Shown here: positions 39,939-54,083 of the stretch, in pieces
Layout: every line of letters starts with the position of its first letter
How positions within the stretch are numbered: position 1 is the first letter of the stretch
Origin: Octopus vulgaris
Taxonomy: Eukaryota
Length of the DNA stretch: 64,000 nucleotides
Assembly (NCBI GenBank): GCA_951406725.2
Contig: OX597814.1
Span: 89,032,001-89,096,000, forward strand
Direction: 5' to 3'
The notes under the pieces: model-generated
What the model saw: the letters and a program-made list of their open reading frames with translations, nothing else
Database searches by the model: none
What the model was told of the DNA's origin: nothing
Translations under genes and position numbers: made by a program

Positions 39939-42900
39939 CATACATACAAACATACAAACATACATACATACATACATACATACAAACATACATACATACA
40001 TATATACATACATACATACATACATACATACATACATACATGCATGCATACAAACATGTGTATTAAGGCTATTGGTTTCATGCAGAGTTGAGCACTCATT
40101 CTTGTCATTTGACATTTATGTATATCATCATCATCATCAATGTTTGACGTCCGTTTTTCCATGCTGGCATAGGTTGGACGGTTCGACTGGGGTCTGGGAG
40201 GCTGCACCACGCCCCAATCTGATCTGGCAGCGTTTCTATAGCTGGATGCCCTTCCTAATGCCAATCACTCTGAGAGTGTAGTGGGTGCTTTTTATGTGCC
40301 ATCGGCACAGGGGCCAGAGAAGCTGGCATCAACCACGATCAGATGGTGCTTTTTACATGCCACTTGCACAGAAGCCAGTCAAAGTGACACTGACATTTGT
40401 CACATTCAGATGGGGCATTTTACATGCTACCGGCACGGGGGTCACAACTGCAATTTCCATTTGATTTGATTTTGATTTTGCTGTTGATGTTGATAGTGAT
40501 GTACCTGACTCAATAGGTCTCCTCATGCACAGCATGTTGCCCTACAATCCAAGGTACTTTTGAGTGGGCAGGTCAACCCTGAGAGGAAAAAGACAGACCT
40601 ATGGTCAAATACCATGTTCATGTCCATATCATCTTTTCTTCCAAATTACATTATCCAATGTAATAGTAGGATATGGTTTGAGGAACACTTGATTCCATTT
40701 CTGGCAGTTTGATCAACCACATAGATGTTTTTAAAAATTGTAGAGAATTATCAGAAAAACGCTTCACACAAAGTTATTTATGAATGATTATTATTTTCAA
40801 GTAGAAAAAAACTATGAAACATTAATGATTATGAACTTGTTTAATCATTTTATAGTAGACTGCATGTATTTTGTTTCATTTTAAACATTACATTCTTGTT
40901 TAGTGGGAAGGTATTTATTACATTTACATTTGTTTCAAAAAATAATCAATTTCTATTAATGATGATAATTACTAATAGAATATTCAAATATGATTCTTTA
41001 TCTTTCAGAAATAGAAAACATCATATGTGATTCATCTGATAAAGTTGTTGTGAATGTAATTGACTTACTCCAAAAATCTGGCTTCTTAAATTTGTTTTAT
41101 AAAGTAAGTAACTGTTTGACTATGGTTGACATGACAAATCGATAACATACATGCATGCATAACCACATTCACACATACACATGCACACACACACATGCAT
41201 GCTAATTAGTAAAAGTTAAAGCTGATTACTTCTTCAGAATGATAGCAATATATTTTATTAAAAGTTTTTCTCCAATTCAATAGAAAGTCTGCAATAAGAT
41301 TTTATGTACAGAATTAAATTTGTAATGCTAACAACAACAACAACACACACACACACATATGTACGTGTGTGTGTGTGTATTTTATCTTTCACTTGTTTCA
41401 GTCACTAGACTACAGCCTTGCTGGGGCACTACCTTGAAAGGTTTAGTCAGAAGAATCAACACCAGTATTATTTAAGTTTGGTACTTATCCTATTGGCCGC
41501 TTTTTGCAAACCCACACAGTTACAACAATGTAAACACACCAACACAGTTTGTCAAGCAGTGGTGGGGATCAAGTACAGACACAAAGGCATACACACACAC
41601 ACATACATACACACACATGCACACGCACAGATACATACACACATACATACACAGAGAGGACTGGTTTCTTTCAGTTTCCATCTAGCAAATTAATTCACAA
41701 GGTTTTGGTCAACCTGAGGCTATAATAGAAGACATTTGCTCGAGTTGTCCTGCACTCAGAACTGAACTCAGAATCATGTGCTTCAGAAGCAAACTTCTTA
41801 CCACAGAGCCACCCCTTGCAAATCACTTTCTAAATTTTTGACAATTTTCAATTCTTTCAATATTTCACCCAGTTGTTTCTTTTTAAGTATCTAATTTTTA
41901 CTTTGGCACCAAACAAAAACAAAAGTAGTTTGATTTGTTTTGCCAAAAAGTGTCTCAAGTAGTTAAGATATAAAAATTTCATTTCATAATTATTTATCGT
42001 TATATATCTTTTTTGTGTCTACTAGTGTATAAACCTGTTATTCATGTCCTCAATTATTTTACTATCCTTGGTGACATATTTTCCACTAGGTATATTAATT
42101 TCTCTTTCAACTACATAGCTTTTACCTAAGTTTATTCTTTCTGAGTATCCAATAATACAGCTTTTTGATCGTTTATGTATTTGCTTTGTGTGATACTGGG
42201 TGTGAACTCATGTGTTAAAACAAATTTTGTTGTATCTCAAGAGGATCGTTACACTAGTTATAAACACATGCACTGGCTCAATTTCACTTTGTTATTATTG
42301 ATTAATTGTTTAACTGTTTAACCAACTAACTAATTGATTGTTTGATTAATCATTCAGTTAATCAGACAATCAGTTGTTTTTACCAAAGTCCTTTCATCAC
42401 CATTCGTGACCTCTTCAATGACATGCCCTCTCTACTGCAGGTCAAAAGCTGACTGCCCTAGATGCAACCAAAATTTTTGATCTCTATTCTAAAATAGTTC
42501 TTGCATATTGAGCAAAATGCTTAGCAGTATTTCGTCCATCTTTACATTCTGCATTTAAATTTTACTAAGACCAACTTTGCCTTTCATCCTTTCAAGGTCA
42601 ATAAAATAACTACCAGTTGAGCACTGGAGTTGATGTAATTGATTTACTCTCTTCCCTGAAATTGCTAGCCTTGTATCAAAATTTGAAATCAATGTTTTAC
42701 CTAATCAGTAATTTTTATTTTTTTTTTGCTTTTGCTTTTTAAGTCTAAGTCAAAAAATGAAAAGTCAAACATTTTATCCACTCATCAATAATGATTCTTC
42801 TGTTATATCTATCATCATTGCCTTGTCATGTCTGGCAAAAGGAAACCATCATAACAATGATTCTGAATTTTACACCATTCATCTATTTTTTACGTTTTTT

Positions 42901-43376
42901 TCTAGGTGAGATCTATGATGTTTAAAAATGGAAATGAAACTATTGACTGCAACCACCTTTCCAAATTAGCCAGCAGTTTTCCTGAACAATTTTATAAACA
43001 AATTCACTCACTGGACTCACCAAACAAGGCGGTCAAATGTTTACGCAGAAGGATCCCAAAATTCATGCAGTTTATCAACCACATGGATTTGTAAGTTTTA
43101 TTTGTAAAATAAACTTTCCGTTCACTTCTTTTAAACTATAATATTTCGATTCACTACAAAATTTTTGAGATCTTTCAATTCTAAAACATTTTTTCTCAAA
43201 TGGTGTCAACATAACATAGCTGTATAACAAAGAAGTTCTCTTTTAAATCACAAGCTCTTCGGTTCAGCACCACTGCATGGTACCTTGGGAAAGTGCCTTA
43301 TACTATTACTCCAAGCTAACTAATGCCTCATGTATGAAATTGAAAAATGAAAATTGTATGAAGCCTGTAGTATGCA

Positions 43377-43435
<59 letters not shown>

Positions 43436-46400
43436 ATGCATGTGAACTGATGTTCAGTTTACCACAAAAGAAATGAAGTGGTGAGCATTACAACCAGATG
43501 CTTTGTGCCTCCAAAGGCCTGTAGGATATAAAAATCCCTTGATTAGAAAACGAGTGACTGTTGAAAACAGGAAAAATCTTTGGCTTGATAATTCTTCTTC
43601 AAATAACTCTTCATCTCACTATCTCAGTTATGCAAACATGGAAAGAACAGATCTTAAACAAATGAACAAAGATGTATGTATATATATATATTTTTAGTCT
43701 TTTACGTGTTTCAGTCGTTAGACTGCAGCCATACTGGGGCACCACCTTGAAGAATTTAGTCAAGCAAATCAAGCCAGTGCATTTTTTAAAGCCTGATACT
43801 TATTCTATCAACATCTTTTGCCAAACCGCTAAGTTCACACACATATACATCTGCACAATACATGTACTCAGTTTCCAACTACCAATTCCACTCACAAGTT
43901 ATTGGTCAGCCCAAAGCTAGAATAGAAGACACTTGCCCAAGATGATGCACAGTTGAAACTAACACCATGTGGTTGCAAAGCAAGCCTCTTAACCACACAG
44001 CCATACCCACTCTTAGCTGAATAAATTAATGGATTATTTATTATGTATATATATTTCATAGTTAACAAGTGACTTGATATACAGAACTTTGCATAATTCC
44101 AAGTTGTATCACACATTTTATTGTTTCAGCAGGTTATGTGTCTTGCTCAGTGGCACAAGATAATGGCTTTAATAAGATGATTTGAATTAATCCAGTAACT
44201 TAACCTACAAAGGTGTTATTCCTCATAAATTTACCAACTGATTTGTACTGCATATAATAATGTTTGTTCAGCATTACATGCATTTCTCATCTGTTTAATA
44301 TAAGTTATATACCTTTACACTGTATTTTCTTAATTTCCATTAATATTATAGAATGGTTGTATACTGTCAATGTAACATGTACGTGACAGTAGGGGGTTAC
44401 ACCACCGCTGTTTAGCCCTAGGAAGCATCGCTGCCGCCACCACCACCAGTAGGGTGAAACCCCCTACTGTCACATTCACGTTAGATTGACAGTATACAAC
44501 CATTCTATCGCCCCACCACCGTACATATCTCTATGAGAGATTTAGAAATTTAATATTTCTCATTAATATTATATAATTTAATTATTCTTATATTCAGGAT
44601 GCTGACAATAACAGCAGAAATGTTGGATCTTGTACAAGATCCTTTGTTTGAATCTATTGTGAACAACAAACAACTGTCCAAGTTTATAGCAGTTATTTTG
44701 AACTCTATTTTAGAACAAAGAACAGGTTAGTATTTTTTTTATTATTTCATTAAAAAAGTATTTGCTTCTGCCATTTAAATGACAAGTTTTTTTAGTGAGG
44801 GTGGGGGTTGTGTAGTTCATGCATTATCTTGAATTCCATAGCCTTCTTCATAGAATTACATTGTCTGAGTAATTATTATCAGTACAAAAGACATTAAAGC
44901 TTTAGCATTTAAGCCAGCTAAATCCAGCCAAAATATTCTATATGCTTTATCTTCAAACCAACTCAATGTCACCTCTCACACTTATCCTTCAATGTCATTC
45001 AAAACATAAGCAATCATATCATCAAAAATCTTGAAGCTACAAGATAATTCATGATTAATTCTAAACAATGTGAGTAAATAAGCATTACATTCAATAGTCT
45101 GAAAACTAGAGTTAAACTAACTTTAGGATTGGTATTAGCAGTTATATATTACATTTACCAATACATTCTACAATTTATTGCAGCTAAAGGAGATAAAACT
45201 TGCCTACATTATATTCTTGTAACTAACTCTAACTCTTTTAACAGAAAAGAAAGGGTTTTAAATTTAACCCTTTAGCATTTAGATTCCTCTGCCAAATGTA
45301 ATGCTTATTTAATCATGTATTATTTTATGGTTTCAGTTGTTTGGTGATGTGATTGTTTGTTTTTAGAATGGCATTGTAGAGTAGGTGTGAGAGGCAAAAT
45401 TTGGCCAGTTTGAACATAAAACAGGTGTAACATTTTGGCTGGAAATTCATGTCTTTATGTTCTGAGTTCTAATTCTGCCAAGGTCAACTTTGCTTTTCAT
45501 CTTTTCGGGGTCGAAAAATTAGGTACCAGTTGCATACTGGGGTCGATCTAATCGACTGGCCCCCTCCAAAAAAATTTCAGGCTTTGTGCCTAGAGTAGAA
45601 AAGAATATTTTGGCTGAAAATGGCTACTTTAAATACTAAAGATGTAATGTTGCTTCAGTATTTGTTCATTTAATTCATTTTTAAATCAACCCAGCTTTGT
45701 TTGGTGGGATTAATGTGAATATAGTCAGAGTCTTCATGGATTATTTCAGCACTGATGTAAAAAAAAAAAAATCTTGCCAAACATAATATAACGTTATTTT
45801 GTTTTATTTTATTTTTTTTTACCCTGTCAACCTTGTTAATACCTCATCCATCAAATGAATTGCATGAAAGAAAAGCTATATGTATTTTAAAATAAGATTA
45901 GCTAAATTGTTTTATGTAACAGAGATACTGTTCACAAAAACAGGCAAAGAATGTTGTGCTGATAAGTTTTAAAATTACTGAACTCTGGTAAAATATTTAG
46001 AAAATCTAATCGAAGTGCAGGCATAGCAGTGTGATTATGAAGTTTGCTTTAGAACCATATTTAGAGATTGCTCACTCAGTGTGGATACTGTCAGCTGGTG
46101 TTTTCTACAATAGGCTTGGGTTGACCAATATCTTGATGGAAACTAGAAGAAGCTTGTAGACGGGAACTAGAAAAAGCCTGTTAAACACCCACACACATAC
46201 ACATATATGTGTGCATATGTGTGTATGTGTGTGAGTGTATGTGTGTTTCATAAAATACACAACTGTGTTCAAATTTTATCTTTCTTAAAGTTTTCTGTAT
46301 TTTCTTATTAGTTTTTTCACAGTTAGTTTGGAACAATAAAGTTCTTAAATTCATAGTCAACATTTCCAGACCTTCACAGTCTTACTTCAAGAAGTAAATA

Positions 46401-47717
46401 CCTTCTTGGCATCTGTCATTTCTTAAATACTGGTTGAATTCATATAGACTTTCCCAATAAAGGGTTTTTTTACCATTAGAGGTCACATGATGATTTGTTT
46501 GTTCTGGTCAAATTTTTTACTATTATGTTTTCATGACAGTAGCCACAGGTTAATTTCTTTTATGTATGTGTTGTTTGCATGTTTATTTTGGCATTGTCTT
46601 GCAAAACGGGTATGGCTCTCATGATTAATCCTCTACTCATATTGCAATGCAATACAAATGAGTGAGTCTGGATGCATGTGCATATGTTCTGGGCTGAAGA
46701 AAGAGAAAGCATGAATGGAATAAGGAAAATAATGCCAGAGGAGAGTTGAAGGAAAGGAGTGAGAAACTGGAGCGGAAAAGGGTAACAGTAGCACATACAC
46801 TGCAACAGGAAGAAAAATAACTATAAGGTGGCAGGGAGAAAACAAGAAATGACAGGTGCTGCTACAGAGAGATAGAATAGAAAAGAATGAAAAATAGAGA
46901 AATAACAGGTGCTGTTACAGTTAGAAAGAAAAAAAGAAAAAGAAGGATATAGATATGGAAGTCATCAAAGTAAACAATGGAAATATAAATTAAAATCCTT
47001 TCATGAACAACTTTGTTGTTTAACTCTAAGTCAGCTTTTATTGGACATCAATGATCAAAGGCTTTCTGGTTGTAATGTACATTTTTTTTTTTTTTTTTTT
47101 GTTTTCAGGAATTCTCTGTCTAGATTGACATTATTAAATATGTCTTACCTTTTTTATTAATGTTATGTTGTGGTTTGAAAGAGATTTGAGTAATGTTTAT
47201 TGTAGGTCAAGCACACATATAGAGGCTCCTTCACTAGCTCAACCCAAGCCTTTGTCTTAATAAATTAAACATGAAAAAATTGTTGTGTTCTGATAATTCT
47301 GATTGTTTAAATCATATCATCCTATCTTTGCTGTGGTACTAGTTTCAGTTGATTGTTTTCTACATGTGATTATGTTGACCCTCAGATAACAAGCAAAGAA
47401 GTAATTTACCTGATTTCTATATATTTCCCAACTGAAACAGCTCCCTGATAACAAAACAAATGAAACAAATGATAAAAACAAATGAAAGATAAAAAAGATA
47501 GAAAAAAGATGCAAGAAAACAATTGACGTATTTAAGATAAGATAATTCAAACCAAAAAACAATATATAAGCACAACCATGGCTGTGTGGTAAGAAGCTTG
47601 CTTCCCAAATATATGATTCCAGGTTCAGTCCTACTGCTTGGTACCTTGGGCAAGTGTCTTCTACTATAGCCTCAGGCCAACCAAAAACTAAATGACAAAA
47701 ACTAAAAGAAGCCCATC

Positions 47718-47784
<67 letters not shown>

Positions 47785-48753
47785 TTCCCCCACCACTGCT
47801 TGTGTTTATGTCCCCATATCTTAAGAGTTTGGCAAAAGAGATCAATAGAATAAGTACCAGGCTTTAAAAAAAATACTGGTGTCAGTTCATTCAACTAAAA
47901 GTTCTTCAAGGTGGTGCTCCAGCATGGCCACAGTCTAATGACTGAAACAAGTAAGATAAAATAAAAAGATAAATTTCCCAACTGAAACAGGGTCCCTGAT
48001 AACAAAACAAATATAGAGCAAGCATTTAATAAAAATAAATGAAAGATAAAAAGAATAAAAAAACATATTAGAAATCAATTGACATATTTAAGATATGATA
48101 ATTAAAACCAAAAAGCAATATATGTAATTACTGAGATTTTGATTAATATTTGATTCAGTATATTTACCCTTGGATGTGTGTGGTTCAGTGGTTAGAGTGT
48201 TGGGCTCACAATCATGAGTTTGATTCCCAGACTGGGCTGTGTGTTGTGTTCTTGAGCAAGATACTTTATTTCATGTTGCTCAAGTTCACTCAGCTGTAGA
48301 AATGAGTCGCAACATCACAGATGCCAAATTATATAGACCTTTGCCTTTCCCTTGGATAACATATGTGGCATGGAGTGGGGAGGCTAGTATGCATGGGTGT
48401 CTACTAGTTTTCCATAAACAAATCTGGCAGAACTTGTACCTCAGAGGGGAACTTTCTAGGTGCAATCCTATGACCATTCATGACCAAAGACGGCCTTTAC
48501 CTTTTACTTTATATTTACCCATGGAAGTAAAGCTATGCTTGTGATTAAGTTATTCTATATCAGTTACAATTGGCTAAGTTATACAGCTTATAAAAAGCAT
48601 TGGCAGGACCGTGTGGTTAAGAAACTTGCTTCACAATCACACAATTTTGGTTACTGTTCTATCATGCAGCATGCTGGACAAGTGTCATGTACTTTAGCAC
48701 TGGGACCATCAATGCCTAGTGAATGAATTTAATTGAAGAAAACTGTACAGAAG

Positions 48754-48791
<38 letters not shown>

Positions 48792-50595
48792 ACACATGTG
48801 TATCATCATCATCATCATAATCATCCTTTAACAAGCATGGGCTGGACGATTTGCCCAGAGCTGGCAAGCAGAAGAGCTGCACAAGGTTCCAGTCTGATTT
48901 GGCTTGGTTTCTACAGTTGGATGCCCTTCCTAATGCCAACCACTTTACAGTGTGCTGTGTACTTTACATAACACCAGCATATATATATATGGGTGCTTTT
49001 GGCTTTTGTGTTCATGATTGCTTCTCAGTATTTAGTAAATGTTGTTGGTTTGTCTAAGTCCCTAGAACTTAGGAGTTCAACAAAAAGCAATCTGACAGAG
49101 TAAGTACAAACTTCAAAAATAAGTTCTGGGATCAATTTGATCAACTAAACCCTTCAAAGCAGTGCTCCAGTATGGCCGTAGTCCAATGATTAAAATGAGT
49201 TAAAGAGTGAAGGAGTAAAAGAATTTCCATGTACTAGTTGGAGTGTAAGCCTACCTGATGTGTCAAAAATATAATTGCCTTATTCGCTTATTGTTAATAT
49301 TATGAAATATTTCTTCTTTTTCTTTTTAATGCAGTTATTGTCAAGCTGTCCCAACTATTCCTAGACCCTAAACAGGCTGAAATGTATCTGCTGAACAAAA
49401 CAACCCTTTCTCCTGATATTATCAAGACCCTCTTTGATTCTAGAATCAATATGAAGCTGGTAAGTTCTTTCATACTTTTTATAATAGTTTATAAATTAGG
49501 TTGACTTATATAAAATTATAACAGTTTAAATCAAAAGTGTGGAGAAAGCAATGTACTAAAATAAAGTTTTGAGTATTATAGGTTTCACATATCAATGCAT
49601 GTATATATGTGTGTATATGCATACATTACTCCAAACTCTTATTATAACTGGTTCCAGCGTGAAAGACATGTCAGCCATTCAAAACAAAGACTATTAACTT
49701 CATTTAAGCATTTATTATTTATTTGGCGTAAAACTTTTTGCTAGTCTCCGACTCCACCACTCTCTGTGGTTTGTGCTCATACCACATCTTGTGTCTCTCT
49801 ATCCCCCACTTTTTGCACAGTTTTCAATGGAGCACTTTCGCTACCTGGTCTTGTCACCACACTTTGTAGTGGTTTGGGGCAAGTCTAGAGCATTCATTCA
49901 TGATATGGACAATTGTTTCATCTACTCTGTTGCAGGAATGGCACAGCAGAGACACTTGCTCATTCCTAAAGTTGACCCTCCAGTTCGTGGCCAAATCCTG
50001 GTCTTGCACTGCCAGCATTGTGCTCTCAGTCTCTTTTTTCAGGGTTCCTTTCATCAGCCAATCCCACCTATTTTTCCAGCAACTTATGTTGCAGCTACAT
50101 GGAATTGATTGTGTAGTTCCTTGTTGCATAATTCTTTTTCATGTCCTTTTTGTACTTCTTCCTTTGTTTTCCCTTTTTACTCTGCTCTCAATACTCCCTT
50201 GTTCCTAACTGTCACTAGCAAGGTTTCCTTACTTTGGGCTAGGAATTTCATTAAGCTCTCAAGTTTGATATGCATGCAGTCTTCCACACTTATCAGTCCC
50301 CTTCCTTTATTTGCTCTCTTCATGCATAGGCAATCATTATCTACACATGGATGATGGGTTCCATGCATCATTAGGACCTTTCTTGACTCCTGCCCATCTC
50401 TTTTAGCTTCTCCTCTGTCCACTTCAGGATTCCAGCAACATACTAAACTACTGCAACTGTGCATGGGTTTATTGCCAAAATTATGTTTCTGGTATTCAGC
50501 TTTGAAGCCAGTATTTTTCTCACTTACCACGGGTACTCTTTTTGTCTTTTCTTTCATGTCATGGAGTTTGATTCTATTATTATTATTATTATTAC

Positions 50596-50635
<40 letters not shown>

Positions 50636-53600
50636 GAAGGAGTAGTTGTAGTAGTATATTGAATATGTATTCTATTGGAAATTAATTCATCTTGAAAAAT
50701 CGTTTCCAGGTTGAGTTGATACGGAAATCTCCACAAGACATGCAGGATTTGATTTGTACACATCGCAATTTATCTTTCTACATCGATTGGCCTAACAGTA
50801 AGGTATCTTTGGAGAATGTAACTGAGATCCTATGTAAGACGAATTTGACAGCAACAATAACTGGACTTGTTGATTACTTAGATTCTGTGACAATTATTCA
50901 AGAGGTGAGTTTATTTTCTATTTTTTTATTAATTCCCTAACTACTAATCCTAACTTATTAACTACAACGATCACAATTACTCTGTTGAGCATGGGTTAAT
51001 ATTAAAGCTATTACTAGGGTGGCAAGCTGGCAAAAACAATCACTGCACTCAGTAAAATACTTAGTAGCATTTCATCCATTTTTATCTTCTGAGTTCAAAT
51101 TCCACCATGGTCAACTTTGTCTTTCATCCTTTCAAGGTTGATGAAATAAGTACCAGTTTAGCACTGGGACCAATGTAACCAACTTGCCTCTTTCCCTACA
51201 AATACTGGCCTTGTGCAAAAATTTGAAACCAATATTACTTGATACTAAAGAAGGCAGCAAGCTGGCTGAATCATAAGCAAGTCAGGCAAAATGCTTAGCA
51301 GCATTTCATTCATCTTTATGTTCTGAGTTCAAATTCTTCTGAGGCTGACTTTGCCTTTCATCCTTTTTGGGTTGATAAAATAAAAACCAGTTGAGCACTG
51401 GGGTTGATGTAATCGACTCACTGCCTCCCCTAAAATTGTTGGCTTTATGCCAAAATTTTAAACCAATATTAGATTCATTGCTATCTTTATGGGATTTCTT
51501 GTAACAGAAAAAGATGTTAACTGGTGAATATCTCATTTCGTAAGGAATCCCATACTTAGGAGCAGGAGGGGCAATGATAGTGGTAGCTGTTGTTGTTTAT
51601 GTATTAGGAACTTAACAGGGTTAATATGCAACCTATAATAAGAAGTAGGCCCTAGATCCAAATATTTAGGCCAACAGAGACAAATGGAGACAAAATATGG
51701 CCAATCCTTAAAATGGTGAGTTGTGCTATGCTTAACTTTGATATCAGTTTACAATCATATTTCTTTTTGTTACCATATTACTGTTGAAATATAGTATGTG
51801 TGATTCAATTAATTTTATAAATAACTAGCAGTATCACCCGGGGTTGCTCGGGTTTGTTTCAACCCTTTAGAATTGGAATTTTTGAAAAGTAAAACTTTTG
51901 CATTATGTAGCTTGTTATTCTCTTTAAGTGAACATTTTTCTGGTTGAAATACACCAAAAGATGGCGATACAGCAGTCAAAAAATCGTAGAAAATGGGGAT
52001 TTTCATAGAAAAAAGCACCTTTTTGGTGTAAATAATTTTTAGTTTTAACATGGTACGATTTGAATTTTATCTTCTACAGAATGAAGAGCAAGCCTTCTTC
52101 TATCATACTCTCAATTTTGGTTAACTTGCACCGCAGGGTCTCGAAGGAGATAGTGTTAGTTGAAGGCTACCAAACCTGCCACACACAGACAACTTCGGCT
52201 TTATATATATAGATGAAGTATTCAATGAAATGATTTGATTATTATTAAGTTGATGCCTGAAACATAAACATAAAATGTTTGATGGAAGGTTTTAATCTAG
52301 ATTAACTTTAAAATTTTGTATGATAGAACCAGGGTTGTCTCAGGCTGATTGGTGTCTGTAACAGAATAAGAAATCTTATAACTCTCTTTTTTATAGTTAT
52401 CACTTCTGAACCAATCATTCCATATTGAATTACCATGGCTGATGAATGTCTCTCGAGAAATGGCAGATCTCCTTGAAAATGTCCACAGACTTCTAGCACT
52501 GGAAGACTTCCTTTCATCTTTTGACTTCAATCAGTTATCAAGGTTGATTCCAAATATCCAACAATTAGTTATTGATCAAGTTCCCCAAAAGATTGTTTCT
52601 TCGTAAGTATTCTAACATATTTTACACCTTTACTTCTTTCATTCTCACATTTCATTTTTATAAACTCAGTTCATCTCAGCAGTTATGCACACCTTGAAGG
52701 AACTAAGACAACAAAAGTATTTTTTAATGGGTAGTGTCATTTAATAGCATGAGAACACACATTACATAGCTTAAAAAGAAGGAAATATACCCATACAATT
52801 ACATTCCCATAAGCATTAACAATATAAAATTGAATTATTCTGACATTCTACAACAGCTAAGGGGAAACTGCAGCCCATGGGCTGCAGGACTTTCTGAATG
52901 GCACACCTAACAAGAAAAATTGCCTCGATTTGCTTTTTCATTTTTTAGGTAATTCAACCTACATTGTGATGAAGTATTGCTAATGTAGGGCCCACTTCTC
53001 AAATTAGGTTGCTTATGCCTGTTCTATAAATTCTATGTTCTCCAATTTGTACAAGTCTCAAATCTCAAATGAGGCCCCCACATTTATTAATGGCCAGATC
53101 ACAAAGTCTAAGTTTCCTTTCTCTAGACAACTGACAACCCAATAAATAGCACAAGTCCATCTTACACTCAACTACTCTTCGTGCATACAGGATGGTGCTT
53201 CCAGTAAGCACACACACATACACATGTTCTCATTTGGAGTCATAATGAAACCAAGATGTCCACCTAATTTGAAAATGTAGGCAGAAGAAAATTATAAGAC
53301 AAACACTGGTATACAACATGTATTAATGGTTTATCTTTTTATCTTTTACTTGTTTCAGTCATTAGACTGTGGCCATGCTGGGACGCCATCTTGAAGAATT
53401 TTTAGTCAAAGGAAACGACCCCAATGCTTATTATTTTAAGCCTTGTACTTATTCCATCGGTCTCTTTTGCTGAATTGCTAGGTTACAGGAAGATAAACAC
53501 ACCAGCTCCAGTTGTCAAGTAGTGGTGTGAGACACACACACACACACACAACAGGCTTCTTTCAGTTTCTGTCTACCAAATCCACTCACAAGGCTTTGGT

Positions 53601-54052
53601 CAGCCTGAGGCTAAAGTAGAAGATACTTGCCTAATGTGCCACGTAGTGAGACTGAACCCAGAACCATGAGGTTGGGAAGCGAGCTTCTTACCACACAACC
53701 ATGCCTAGAATATTTTAATATTTTTTATAAATATCCACTCTATAAATTCAGTATTACATTATTTGAGGTTACAACCAGCTAAATAAGGAGGTACTAGCAA
53801 CCTGATTAAAAGGCAACATTCATATCTATCACTAGTTTAGAATATGTAAATCATAATGTTCCAGTCTATGTAACTGTAAATAAGTAGCATAAAGTGATGC
53901 AGTTAAATGTTGTTAACAGAAAAAAACTTTTCTTGACACCCAACTGTATGATCTCAGATTCTGTCCCACTTCTACTATAGCTCTGAACCACCTAGACTGT
54001 TAGGAGTGGATTTGGTGGATGGTAGCTGAAAGTAGTCCATTGCATATATACA

Positions 54053-54083
<31 letters not shown>

